From contig CM060733.1 of assembly GCA_030704615.1 (NCBI GenBank), forward strand, positions 37,200,001 through 37,264,000: 64,000 bases of DNA, in the 5' to 3' direction. Within the stretch, counting starts at the first letter, position 1; each line of letters opens with the position of its first letter. The translations under genes and the position numbers were made by a program. The notes under the pieces were generated by a model. That model was given only the letters and a program-made list of their open reading frames with translations. It was not told the DNA's origin and made no database searches. The stretch comes from Takakia lepidozioides. Taxonomy: Eukaryota; Plantae; Bryophyta. Below are positions 26,682 to 40,519 of the stretch, piece by piece.

Positions 26682-28078
26682 TATTATCTAATTGAAAATT
26701 ATAAATTATTGTAGATTCTTTGAATGTAAGATTCAAAGATTAGATTCATTGTTAGGTTTATGAAGGTTGATATTAGAATATCCTATAAAATTGTTGAGCG
26801 AAATCTTGGTGCTTTATTTTATAAAAAAATAATACATCTAGAATGTTGTGAAAAAAAGTAAAATTATTTCGCTTAAGTTATTGCCCCGTGGCTATACGAA
26901 CATTCTTACTTGAGTCACTGCTAATTGAAGCTAATTGAGCAAAATTAGCTGAGATAACTAAAGCATAATTGGATGCTCAACTTAATTACTCTTCAGTTGC
27001 TATTTTGGTACTTGACTTGATTCATTGCTACTTAGAACTAATTTAAACCAATTGAGCAAAATTAGCTCAAAAACTTGGGCATAATAGCTCATTGAATAAA
27101 CAGCCACGTAAAGATCATTTGACTTTAGATCCGTTAAATGTTGACGTTGCCAAAATATTAATGAACACATTTTATTTTCTAAAAAACAATTATATACAAA
27201 AACTAAAAGAATAAATTTATTATGTTACATATAATTTTTTTTGAGAAACTAACAAAATATTTATGATTCATTATTGAAACCATGATTTATGCATAATTAC
27301 ATTATTACAATATTAATAATGTCCTATCAGACGGCCCCAATATGACTTGCAACTCATCTGCGTACTCTACAGCACACCAACTCCACCACGCTGCATGCCC
27401 CCGGCGCAAGACTTTCTCCTGTTCTCCCTATGAGCTCACTATCGGCGGATTCCAAGTCGTATTCCACTTCCCAGCTCACCGCTAGCTTCTTCGAGTGGAG
27501 GCCCCCTAGTCACGACGATGTATGCAATCTACTCCATCAGGCTCCGCAACAGATACGTGCCACGCTATGTACTGCTACCAACACTCTAACCGCAAGCAGC
27601 AACAGTTGACAAACCTCTCCAAGAGTTACACACAATGAACACGCAGCCCATCTATGGCAACACACTCATGTGCGCAACGGTCTCCACAACACCAAAGTCA
27701 CCATGAGTTCTACACCCCACATTTATTTCCAGTTTCTCTTTAAATGTAAGTGCCCAATTGATACAATAAACTCAAAGGTCCTGACACAGCTGTCATGAAT
27801 TTTAGCCATAAATTTGTTTGACGTCTAGAGCAGTCTAAACAACTAAACCCTACCCCACTGGTTAAAGCATGAAACTAGATGGCAAGGACGCCAGAATCCT
27901 TTCATTAATCAGAAAGATCTGTCATAACCCACACATTTTCACAACCTAGAAAAAACCAATCAGGGTGGAGGCAGAAAGATCCAATCACAACCTAGAATTT
28001 TGGTATCCAGGTAGAAAACTCGCCCTTGAAACTAGCACAATTGAAAATCATTGAGACCAAAAAGGTGAAGAATCTCAC

Positions 28079-30520
28079 TCTATCACGCCCTAGTGCTGCA
28101 TAGTGTTGCAATCCATTGCAGGAACCATCCTGCAGAAATAAGAAAGCCTTGACAATGAGCCATTCATACATCCTTGTTATCGTGAATTCCAACTAAAGCA
28201 TACTACCAGAACCAACTTCAAACTGTTTGATCAGGATTTCACCATACAGTTCCGCTATCTCATAAAGGAAAACATATGACCATGCACTGTCCTACCTCAA
28301 GGTGGAAAATACGGGAAACTACAATTTTTGTTCACCAACAACTTCTTCACATGGTTTAACAGTAGACTCCCACACTGTCAACCTATTTCCCTTTTGTTCT
28401 GCCCAACTGGGGGTCTATGGCCACAAGGCTACGACAACAACATCTTATGAGTACATTCTAGCAACCATTTTTACACCATTAGTCCAGCCAAGGCAGTTTA
28501 CCTGGTGCACTGGTAAATAAGATACACAAGTTTCAGGGCTCCCTGGTACAATGGCACGTCGAATTTCCATGCATGTTGCTAGGCACTGTAAAGGATCTTC
28601 AGCCTCAGCCACCACCGCTGCCCTTCCAGTGGTCTCTCAGCTGAATCAAAGATCTTATCCATGTGGGTGTCGACGTATGAACACGACCTGCAAAAGACAT
28701 CTTTCCCACTTTCCCGCCATACAAATTCGCTATCAACCAGCGCAGTTCATTGGGTCCCAGAGCCCGGCCTTCCGCAAACTCGAGAATACCACGCACATAT
28801 CAGATCCCAAGTGGTTGAGGTTTGGGTGCATCGGATATGCCCGCCCCCGAAAATCCAAGTTGTGAAGTATAGTAAAAGGCCTCTTAATCCTTGAACTTGT
28901 GTGCCACCTGAGCCGCAAGTTTCCAGATGGGAACATAATCAAACTTCGGCATATAGGTACTTCATTTGCATGTTAGGAAATGTGACCGCAACATCACAGT
29001 GTGATCAAGAAACACTAAAAGACTTGGTGTCAGAAGGGACTGCCTTCTAGACATCAACAATGCTGAATAAAGGACTTCCATGAGTAGAGTGGAGTAGCAG
29101 ACATAAACAATCCAGTGCTATTTCATCTGACTATATTTCTACGACTACTACTATGATTCTTTCAGGTTGAGAGGCTACAGGCAACAACGTTTTATGGGTA
29201 CATTCTATGAGGTTGAGAACATGAACATATAATAGGGCAAGGGTGTCTGGGAAGTAGAGGTATGGGGAGTCACACAGCATGGAAGGAGCAGCCAAAGTCT
29301 TCTAAGCAAGCTTGAGCTCTATGTCACAGCACATAGAATGACGCTCACTATTTATGCGCTTTGTCTTAGAAGTCTCCATCCTCAAGATTTTCAATATATC
29401 CTTGTCCTCTGTCTGAGGCTTCGTAGGTAGAGGAAGCTATCATCCATCCCAACACAGTGCAACTTGAGATGCATGCTACATAGACAAGTCTGGAGCTATA
29501 ATGAACACCTAGAATCTGAAGGTACTTGCACTGGTGCAGTAAAAGCTCAATAAAATCCTCTGAAGAAAATACACAGAAACCTGCATTCTGGTTGGCGCAG
29601 ATCAATGCATATATGTGGCAAGCGTAAGAGATGGGAGAAACCCAGTGCAGTGGACCCTTAGTCAGCCCCTGAACCTTCATCTACTCTAACTCTAGGCAGG
29701 CCAGATTGGATAAACTTACACTAGTAGCATCGACTGCAATGTCGGCCAAGCATCCACCGTCTGACCATATCCTCTCCAGGACATTCAACACCGATCCATT
29801 GATTTTCCACCCTGTTTTGCACAGCGAATTAAGTGCCTGAGTCCATGGTCACACAACCATATCTCTCTGTTATCTATAGAAGTCATTAGCTTCAATATAA
29901 TCAGGTGGGAAAAACAGTAGTATCCTGAAAACAGATCACCTTATGTTGTTACCCAACCACACATGTTTAAGCATTAGACCCTGCTTGGGAATGTGTTCCA
30001 TTGAACAAGAAGAGAAGAACAACATGCAGGCATACCTGTATAACTGTCTTCATATTTTCTGGAGGGGTAACTCTCATGGTATCCTGCTGCTCCTTGGCAC
30101 CATGGGTCCTCATCATGGAGGCCTTGAGATGTAGGTAACTGCCATCAGAGAAACTGAATTTCAACCACAAAAATGTCAAGGTAATGGACCTCCCTGGATC
30201 CTACATTGCAACCTATCTTTTCAACAACCTAACAACCCAAATAACTGAATCTGAGGTTCTGAGAGCAACACCCTACATCAAGCACATTCATTATTACATA
30301 AACAACCACCACTGGTGTCCCTTGGCATCTGGCCCTCATTTCCCTGCCAATGCTAGTGTTTGGTCTATAGAACAGGACTACAGGGTGTATATCTTGCAAA
30401 TTTTCGACATACTCAGAGGAAAAAGGCAGTAGCAAACCTCTCCCAAGGCCGGGGCTCCACCAACATTGGCATATATGGCATCACCATATGCTTCGCCTGC
30501 CAGGCACACCACCACACCAT
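28079..30520 (-). pseudogene. RpoT: Phage T3/T7-type organellar RNA polymerase, partial intron-containing pseudogene
   Basis: Exonic pieces in correct order: [101 protein letters not shown]|DGSCNGLQHYAALGRD. Frameshifts and stops are present and the C-terminal exons are not seen. Confidence 0.9.
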
Positions 30521-31302
30521 TATAAGCATCATACATTTATGCAATACCATCCTCCCCTACAAGCTTCAGGACTCAAAACCTAAGAGGACCAATCCACTTT
30601 CACCCTAGTATAGATTCACATGCATGCAGCTGAGAAAAATGTGGTACAGAACTTCAAGAAAACACCTTGCATACAAGTGATCACAACCCACAGGACACTC
30701 AATCACAAGCCAGTCATTGACACACTGCCGGGACATAATCTGTCATTCACACATCTGTTTAATTTGTTGTTCATTTCTGTGTGAGAGGATACGAAGATTT
30801 TGTTCTGGCGAAGATTCTGGTGGGAGGACAAGGTTCTGCACAGATGCAGCATCATCTTTTTTGCTGAAATTCCATGGACTAATGCGGCAGTTAAGAAGGA
30901 CATCTTTAATCTGCAAGGTTTCAATGTCTGAACATGCCTTTAATTTGGACCCTTAACAGACTATTCAGAAAGGTGACAGGGTTTTTGTTCTCCATCTCAT
31001 CCCTGAATTCAGTGAGTGCCATTAACGTAAAACTTACGATGATTTGCATCAGGGCACTTTGTCACACTTGCAATCTAGTAGCCAGACTCTCTTCTTTGCT
31101 GGTGCATACAACAATAAAAACCCTTAAAATACACAATGTAGGCCTCCTCCCCAGAGTCCATAGTGGATGTCTCGGTATGCTATGTGATCCTTAGTTGCTT
31201 GCAGTAATTTTCTTGCTCACTTACGATATGCTGCTTACTTCTAGTCTAGTTGATTTTCAACATAAGGGTGAGTCACCAGTCACCATAGTCTCACTGGCGT
31301 GT

Positions 31303-31360
31303 GGTCGGGCTAGGGATTGAACCTAGGACCTCCCCCATTCCGGTGGGGTGCTCTACCATG
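31303..31360 (-). repeat. 5'-truncated tRNA-like (SINE head) sequence
   Basis: Minus strand reads TGGTAGAGCA-CCCCA..TGGGG-GAGGTC-CTAGGTTCAATCCCTAG-CCCGACC. Confidence 0.55.
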
Positions 31361-32220
31361 TTGGTGTTGGTGTCAGTCCCAGTATCTTTTTTAATTTGCA
31401 CAACATCCCAAACGACAGGTGTTCCGATTGCTTCACCCAAAGAGTCCGCATCCATGTGCGGATATGGCAGCGACACAGAAGAATGTGTCAGATCGTAAGA
31501 CACTATAACAACAGATACTGTGGACCCGTTTAGCTGTCGTCCGCAACTTCCGCAACCAGTCTCGTTGAGATATTCTGCTATTGCGACAATAGTGTTCGAG
31601 CCCTGAAGAGTGAGGAAAACTTGTTGACCAATTTGGAGCAACGACATTTCCACGAACGTCGCGCGATCGCGCGTGTATCTTACAGTAGAAATGCTGGTGA
31701 TTAATGGTTCAGCACTATATCGATGGACACTGAGTAAGAGTGAAACAATAAGTTACTGAAGTTTGTTTAGAAAAACTGAGGATGAAGATGAAAAAAAACC
31801 TCGCACAACCGCCCTTGTTTAGAGTTATAATAATTTTGGAATTGAAAATAGAACTCAGACTCTCGGATTATGAAAAAGAATGTAGAACGCAGATCTGTAT
31901 TAATCGAAACAAAAATTTGTAGAAAATCAAAGGATCTGCTAAAGTTACGACCCGAATGTACAACATTGCCTACGACTCCACAACAGAAATAGAACTATAT
32001 TGACGGGGCGTTCGCACGTGGTTCAGAATGATGAAATGAAGGATGGATGAATAATGGTAGACGAGTTTCGGATGACAAGTAAGAAAATAGATGAATAAAT
32101 TAAAACATGGATGAACAAAACAGCTGTAGTGCGAGTGATCATTCGAAGTACATAAAACGGTCGGGTGTGTAGGTAAGATTTTTGCAGACAGTGGATGAGA
32201 ACAAAGGAGCAGAGAGATAG
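31361..32220 (-). mobile_element. Sola-like family fragment, copy C
   Basis: Same-strand match to about 40222-41080. ORF 31291-31653 is nearly identical to the N-terminal domain in copy B. Confidence 0.9.
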
Positions 32221-32849
32221 TGTCAAGGACGAGAACATGACTGACTACAAACAAGAGATCAGACTAGAGGTACAAGACTAGGCAAGAAGTCAAGGTCGGC
32301 GTGGCCGTATGCACGATGAGTAAATAGGAATCAAGACGATCTTTATAACAATGAACAAGGGTACAAGATATTGGAACATGACTTGAATACTGGAATGCTA
32401 GAAACTGGACTGGAGTACCAGATACTGGAAATTGGACTGGAGTACTTGAAACTGGAAACTGGAAACAAGAATAGCTTGAACTGATGTTGGCGAGACTGAA
32501 GAGTGTCCAGTCTCGCCTCCTATATATATTGGTTACTAAGAAGCTTCCCTAAGAAGCTTCTCCTATGGAGGTTTCTTGTTGGAAAAGTTTCCAAGATTAA
32601 ACAAAGGTTTCTTGATGGAGAAGCTTCCTTAAACAAATGAAGTATCTTGATGGAGAAGTTTTCTCTAAAAGAAGCTTCCAGAGCAGTTTCCCAAGTTACA
32701 CTTGATAATTTGGTAAACTCCCGGTAACTTGGTAAGTAATGATAAATCATGGTAAATCACGATAAGTCATGATAACTTCCGATAACATGGTAACTGTGTA
32801 ACTTCTGGTATTTACTCCTGGTAAGTTCTTCTGGGCTATGTCTCTGACT
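32221..32849 (-). mobile_element. 3' LTR of a Ty3/gypsy element
   Basis: Termini TGTCA...TGAC(T). On the minus strand it is preceded by the purine tract AGAAGAAGGGGTGA. It interrupts copy C. Confidence 0.75.
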
Positions 32850-35337
32850 TCACCCCTTCTTCTAGCGCCGAGTTCCTCGAGAAGCGGTAAAATCTTGGAC
32901 TTGCTTAAAGTTGGAGAAAATCCAAAATCCGGTGAATGATACTTGCCAAGTATTCGGCTCTTCGTTCTTGATTCAAATGATTTATAGGTCCTTGCAACCA
33001 TCGATAGTGTCCAACACCTTGAACTTAAAACCACGCAATGATTTGAGCATTCTGATTCTCGAAGCTGCCTTCAAACATGATTTCGTTATCCTCTGCGTCC
33101 GAAACCTCAACCTCCAACAGAATTATTAGACTTCGTCGACTTCATACTCAATTTCCTGATTGACTTCGATTGGCGGAGGTGGTACGGAGACTCTCCTTGG
33201 AATATTCGATGGATAATACAACTCCAATAATGAAACATAAAAGACTGGATGGATGCGCATACTACGTGAGAGTTCAAGCCGAAAACTGACCAGATTTATT
33301 TGTCGAATAATTTTGAATGGTCCCAGGCGTTGATAATCCAACTTCTTTGATAATCACAAGATTTGTATATCCCATCGAAAAAGCCACACACAATCTCCGA
33401 CCTTGAACTGGGGTTGGAGTTGACGACGTTAATCTACATAGTCCTTGTATTGTTTTTGAGCTTCTGCGAGGTGGAATGTAAGCTCCTTGTGAATCATAGC
33501 AAGATGAGTAGCAAGGTTTCCTACAGCAAGATTTCCAACAGTCTTCATGTGGAAAGAGTTTGCTCGAGGATAATGACCATAATTGGAGAAAAATGAAGTT
33601 TGTTTGGTCGAAGAATGTATAGTGTTGTTGTAGGCAAACTCAGCCAATAATAGAATGTCAGTCCAATTATCTTGGTGATAATTTATCGTACAGCGAAGAT
33701 ACTGTTCCAAAATCTGGTTTACACGTTCAGTTTTACCATCAGTCTGTGGATAATTAGTTGTAGAGAGGTTGATCTTATTATCAAATATGTGAAATAATCC
33801 CCTCCATAAATTTGATATGAACTGTGGTCATTGATGAGATACGATGTCATTCGGGAGTCCATGAATGCGGTAGATATTATTGAGGAAAAGTCTTGCGGTT
33901 TCCTCGCCGGTAACCGTCTTATTACATGGAATAAAATGTGTCATCTTCGTAAAACGATCTACAATAGCAAGGATTAAATTGGTGGTCTTGGAAATTGGAA
34001 GGTCCGTAATAAAATCCATAGACACGGACGACCATGGACCCTTGGGAATGGGTAATGGTTGAAGAAGGTCGTAAGGTCGATGTCGTGGTCCCTTTCGCTC
34101 TAGCACACGTGTCACAAGATTTTATAAATTCTTTCACGAGTTTCCACATTTGTGGCCACTAATAGTCCCTGGATATCAATTCCATTGTTTTGTTGAAGCC
34201 GAAATGTCCTGCAGCCGGAAGATCATGACATGTTTGAAGAATTCGAAGTCGTATAGGTCCTGGAGGTACATAGAGAAGTCCCTTGAAATAAAGTAAGTCA
34301 TCTTTGAATTCGAAGTCGTTTGTAACATATGGGTTGTCTCGGTAGTGTCGTGGCAAATTGGTTGTTCTTTAGTGCTTCCTGGATCTCCTTTATGATCTCT
34401 ACATTGTCATAGGTGGACATGGATAGCATATTCACTTGGAGATTTGTTGGTTTCAAGATGATGGATTTCTGTTGATCAAAAGCTGCATCCCATTCTTTTG
34501 GCGCAAGATACGATCGTCGAGAAAGAGCATCTAGTTTTCCTTGAAGATATCCGAGACGGTAGGTAATAACAAAATCAAACCTTGCTAGTGACATACTCCA
34601 TCTCGTTTGACATCGATTCAAAACACGAGCACTCATAAAATACTCGAGGTTTTTGTGATTGGTATGGACTGTGACCTGATGTTTAGCTCCCTCCAATAGA
34701 TGACGTCACTCCTCAAAAGCATCAATAATCGCTATAAGTTCATTGTCATGGATTTTATAATTGATCTCCGCAGCGGAAAATTTGCGAGAACGAAAACCAG
34801 CAGGGTGAAATTGGTCATCTATACCGTATTAAGAAAGTACCGCGCCAAGTACAAAATCCGATGCATCTGCTTCCAAAAAGAATGGTTTAGATGGGTCTGC
34901 ATGTACCAGTATTGGAGCCGTTGTGAATGTCTGCTTCAGCATTTCAAATGTTTGGTCAACCTTCTCGTCTCATACAAATTTGTCTTTTCCTGTAAGTCGT
35001 GTCAATGGTGCAGCAATTTTGGAGTAGTCCTTGATGAAGATTCTATAGAAATTTGCAAATCCTAGAAAACATTGTACATCTCGGACTGAAGTTGGTTTAA
35101 TCCACTCGATGATGATTTGTATTTTCTTCTGATCCATAAAGACTCATTTGTCGGAAATAATGTAGCCCAAAAATTCGACTTCAGATTGGTGGAAAAGACA
35201 TTTTTTCAACTTGGCATATAGTTTTTTTTTCCCTCAATTTATCAAGGACAAGGCGTACATGACGTACATGGCGACCATGTTCTTCTTCATTCTATGAAAA
35301 TATCAAAATGTCGTCCAAATAGATGACTACAAAGTCT
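32850..35337 (-). mobile_element. Ty3/gypsy (chromoviral-type) pol remnant: RT end, RNase H, integrase, start of chromodomain; 5'-truncated
   Basis: VVIYLDDILIF, EADASDF, HLPAAGHFG, WSSVSMDFITDLP, EQYLRCTINYHQDNW, GPFKI...[10 protein letters not shown]...EYEVDEV. Confidence 0.93.
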
Positions 35338-35669
35338 ACTTTGCATCAGAAAATTATAAAGATAAGATCGATTGAATGAAGTTATTAATAAATTAATAGA
35401 TGTATGACATAAACAGATGATTCAAGAAGATAATATACAAATGAAAAGTAAACATCCATACCATGCTTACAGTATAGTAGTACCATGAACGAATGTATTG
35501 CAAGTTTTCAATTGATGGATTAAAACGTTGAATGGAATAAGGTTGGATTTCAATGAAACATGTGAATTATGTTTCAAAATATTTAGGGATCATTTCAAAA
35601 AGCTCATATGACAACCAAATATTGTGGAAGAGTGTCATGTAGATTCAGCTATAAAGTCATTGAACCAAG

Positions 35670-36510
35670 CTGGAATTAGGTTTTAGATTATAGAGTTTGC
35701 TAGGATACATTTCACATAATACTTGGTATGAATGGAAAAGAAAATATGGGAAAATGTACAGATGACTTGACACCTATGAAAATTTGTTAATGAAATATCC
35801 CAACCACAAATTGTATCCAAATTTCTATGAGGAATGTGAATCAAACAGTGGAGTTTGGTTTAGGGTTTAGGGTTTTAGAAAACTGTAAATAGACAAACAA
35901 TTATGGAGTTTGAGTCTTTCCCCATACGTAGAACAATTCTTGAAATATTATCCCCACCACTTCGATCGTACCCAAAATTGGAAGTAATAAATAAATAAGC
36001 ATCAAACATTGAAATTAGGTTTTAGGGTATAGAGTTTGCGAGGGTACTAACCATAGTACTCGGTATGAATGGAAAAACAAATATTGGGAAGGGTACAGAT
36101 GACTTGTCACCTATGATTTAGGGTTTAGAGAATAAAATTTCCCAACCACAGATTGTATCTAATCTATGAAGAATGCACATCAAACAACGGAGTTACGTTG
36201 GAGGTCGTACAACAATTCAGGAAATATCTCCTCCACTTCAACCGCACCCAAAACTAGAAGCAATAAATTAAATAGGCATCAGACATTGGAATTAGGTTTT
36301 AGGGTACGGAGTTGAGTAGTGTAGTAAACATACTACTGGGTATGAATGGACCAAAAAATTTGGGAAAGTGTACAAGTGACTTGTCACCTAAGAAATTAGA
36401 CTTGAATGAAATATCCAAATGGCCATTCTATTATGCCCTACCTTGTAACCCTTGAAGAATTCGCATCAAACATTCGAATAAGGTTTAGGGTATATGGTTT
36501 AAGGTGAGGA
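35670..36510. repeat. Three diverged tandem units (about 280-340 bp) containing TTTAGGG motifs
   Basis: AATTAGGTTTTAG...GGTATGAATGGA...GTACA.GATGACTTG.CACCTA recurs near 35673, 36012 and 36290. Confidence 0.8.
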
Positions 36511-37020
36511 CAATGTAAGGACTGAAGTCCCCAGAAGTATTGTCTTTAGAAGATCCTAATAAGATAAACAGACCCAAGAGAAATTGACCTGAGAGGACAG
36601 GGATGGCAAAGCGAGGTTCAGGACCGATTAGTGACGAAGAAAACTGAGAAGAATCTTAAGATAGTCCGAAAATGCAGTAAAGAAAATGTAACTCTGTACT
36701 TGAAGCCAGACTTACAGAAAACTACTGACAAGTAATGGGAGAAGGATTCACAAGATTCACAAGATTCACGAGTAGTAACCCGCGAGAAAACTTGTCCATT
36801 GAAGCAACAACTTTCACAAATTGTCACGCGGTTTATACTCAGGACATTTTTTTAGACCAATCATATTGAGCCCAACAATACGACCATGTGGACCGAGAAT
36901 GAAGGAGATGGGCGAATCTGTTTAGGAGAAGACACTTTGGTGAGAACCAGAGAACCAAAAGAAATGGGTGTAATGTGAGAGAGGAACTGCAAAGAGAAGG
37001 AAGCAGTGACATCAGGAAAA

Positions 37021-40000
37021 CTAGGAACTCCGGATGATCACTCGAGGTTCCTGAAACGTTACAGAGATGAGGTCCGGAAAAAAGCTGGTGGCTGGCAAAG
37101 AAGATAGATTAAATATTTGAACACGTGAAGAGAAACAAATGGAGAGTGGAGGTAAAACATTAGTTTTATTCTTGAAAACATGCCGAGGAGTGAACCTCCA
37201 CAAAATGTCCTTGTCAACCTTGTTCTCCGCCCGAGGTTGCATTGTCTTCATTGTCTGACTGTTGATTGGCCTCATCCAAATTTGCTCGTGCTTTCTCCGC
37301 CTCCACCACGGTAATTTTCTTAGAGCTATTACGTGTCGTGTTTTTTCTGGTGGGCATTGTCCAAACGACAGAGTTAATGTGAATCCACTGAGGGGGATCA
37401 TCTGGATTGATCGACGTGAACTTTCTTAAAATTCCTGGATCCTCTGTCGTAGACCACATCCGATATTGTCATCCCCATCCAAACTGGAAATGTCACAGTA
37501 TCTACTGGTCGAATCAAGACAAAGAATCCGTTCTCAATGTCCTTGAACGGATTTAGAGGCTGCTTCGGTCTATCACACCGGGGGCCACAATACGGCTCCA
37601 TGACTTCATCTTCTTCCGACAGATTATCCTCTGCAGGTGTATGGATTCCGGCTCTGTGGTGGTTGACAGCCCATTTGGTTGAGGGCCAAGAACCCTCTTT
37701 AAGCGATTGAATGAATGTCGTGATTCTCCAGGAATGAGAAGATCAAGTTTTGCAAGGATTGCTTCCCAGTATTGATCATACTGTATCATGATGTCACGAT
37801 AATGATCGTCAAGCAACATCCTCTTCTTCCAGAACTCCCTTTTTTTAATTCCAGTTTTGATAAAAGACTGTTTATCGGATGAGTCATCTCCCACACCCCC
37901 CCAAATTGGTGTTTTTTTACAGCCCTGGGTTGTACTGCTACAGGCAACTTTGGAGATCCATCGGGATTCGACTTCCACATCTTCACCGCACTTTTTTTTG
38001 GGGAGCCACTCAGAATCAGTAGCAAACTTCTTAAACTTCATGACAGGCCAACCATCTTCATCTACATAGAATCGAAATATATGCATTTCTGTTTGCCCAA
38101 CTAAAGCCTCTTTTCCATCGAGAATGCAACCGTCCACATACGCCTTGAAATCTGGCACCTCTTGAATGATTTGAGGAATAAATTGCAGATCTTGAGAGAT
38201 CATAAAAAACCTCATAAGATCGGAGAGAACGTAGGTGTTGTTTTGCTTCAGCTTCTTCGATAAATAACTGAAGAATCCGTCGATGTCCTCATGGTATGGC
38301 CAACCATGAGAAATCCCATCTGAATCTCCTCAAACACTCCTCTCGCAGTTAGGAGCGACAAAAAGCCAGCATCCACCTGTTTTTGTTTTTCTTCACGCAG
38401 TTGTCCAACTGCAGGTAGAGTCTTCGCGGAAGTGGGACTTTTCCTTTTTTCTTCTCCTTATCGCCGAAAGGTTTCAGGACGTCGAGACACCTCGATTTAC
38501 CCTTCATGAGAGATTCGAGGAATTCTGAGGTGGGTGGTCAAAGATGTTACGACTTTTCGGCAAGAGGGCTTCTCTAGTTGGCGGAGGCATCTTGCTAGAG
38601 AGCCAATCGTGAAGTTCGGGTCTCCCGGCCAGAAGTCCAGAGAGTACTGTCCGTAGGCTCCGTCCCCGTGGCCGTGGGTGACCATGCCGGTTAGCGAGAT
38701 TGGAAGCTGACCTAAGCCGGAGACCATCTTGTTCGTCGTCTACAACCTTGGAATAGCTGTTTTCCGATGATCCATCTTGTCATGAATGATGCAGAGGAAC
38801 TCGGACGACATCATAGCTGACTCATTCCTCCAGCTGTGATAGAGTCTCCTGCAAGACTCCTGAAGCCTGAGGTGCTTATCAAGTGCTTTCTTGTGCGAGG
38901 CCTGTTCTTCGCTACGTTTGACCGACTTCTTGATTAGGTCTTTGAGCATCTCACAGTCTGTGCATTTGGCAAACGTGCTACCATTTTTTTCTAACCTCGA
39001 CATTGGGAAAAATCCGTTGTCTGATTCTGCTGACGGCTGCCTGGGAGATAGGCTTCAACCCACATATTTTATTCGCCTGCAAGACAGAAGGGGGAAATGA
39101 ACCTCGCGCGATCACCCGAGCTTTAATAGTGAGAGGTCTGATACATTGCGTGGAAGCAAAACAGGGAAGGTCCCAAAAAATATAGAATTCGAAAAGTGGT
39201 AAAAAGAAGAAGAACTGACCTCATTACACTCCTCACGAATTTTTCCAGTTCAGTTCAGGTGGCAGAACTCGAAGAGTATCTCTCCGTCCGTCTCCAATAC
39301 AGCGGGTCTTATGAGGCATGAGATCGGAATTTTTGTTTATAATCGACATTAAGTTTCCTTCAGCTTGACGAGTTTGTGGACGGGGCCGTTTCACTCCGGA
39401 ATTTCCATGCAACGATGTAACCACACCCTCTCTGCTTAGTTTTTTGTATTCCATGTAGGTTGAACGACCGATTCCGTGAATTGTCCACCAAGCTGTCTCA
39501 CACACATCAACGCCTCAATGGTTAGTAGGCCTTTGTCGAAACCCCGTCGATTCGATGAAGTCTTTTGGGAACATCAAACCGAGCTCTCTCCGTTCGTCGT
39601 AAGAGGATCCCCAATAAGCGGTCCGGATAGCGAGTGTTTTTCTCCAGTCGAAATATTGGCAACACTGTAAATTGCAACATTGTTTGCTGCTGACTTCTCG
39701 AACTGCTTGCAGAGAGAGGTGAGTATTTATCTTTTTGGAATCGTCTTTTTTCGGATATTTTTTTGGTCTGTTGAAATGTTGGTATGTTGCTTTTTTCACA
39801 CCTTTCTCGTTGTGACCAATATCTGTTTGTTCCCAGCTATTGATGAAACTATGAAGCTCATGTGACAATGTCCTGCCACTATCAATCAACCGAGTCTGCG
39901 TCAATGGCCAGTTCACGAGACACATGAGATTGGCCGAACCGCCATTCAAAATCCTTGTAACGAGCACCCCGACGTGATGTTCTCCAACTTTCTCACAAAG

Positions 40001-40519
40001 TATCACCTCGTCAGGATGACTGCTTGAATTCTGCCCTCGTACAAAGCACTTTGTTCATCTCCAAGGAGAATACACAATTTATTTCTCCAACTGTCTCTAC
40101 CCATAGCAACATCGTTATTCGGAGACGGCCTTGACATGTCAGATTCAATTTGTTCATTGAATTTTGGATGGTAATCAGCCGCAGATGTCAATTCGACCTC
40201 CGAGAACCGAGGAACCTCATTGTTGGTGTTGGTGTCAGTCCCAGTATCTTTTTGAATTTGCACCACATCCCAAACGACAAGGTGTTCCGATTGCTTCTCC
40301 CAAAGAGTCCGCATCCATGTGCGGATATGGCAACGACACAGAAGAATGTGCCGGATCGCAAGACACTATAACAACAGATATTGTGGACCCGTTTAGCTGT
40401 CGTCCATGGCAACTTCCGCAACCAGTCACGTTGAGACATTCTGCTGTTGCGACGATAGAGTTCGAGCCCTGAAGAGTGAGGAAAACTTGTTGACCAGTTT
40501 GGAACAACGACATTTCCAC
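37021..40519 (-). pseudogene. Sola-like/DUF7869-type DDD transposase with N-terminal Tnp1/En-Spm-like domains (copy B, most complete)
   Basis: Frameshifted pieces: CHGRQL...LPYP...LGEAIG..VVW, CCNLQCC, CETAWWTIHGIGRSTY, FAKCTDC, IHDKMDHRKTAIP, LYLQLDNCVKKNKN, FLMVGH..EDIDGFFS, QIIQEVPDFKAY. Confidence 0.82.
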
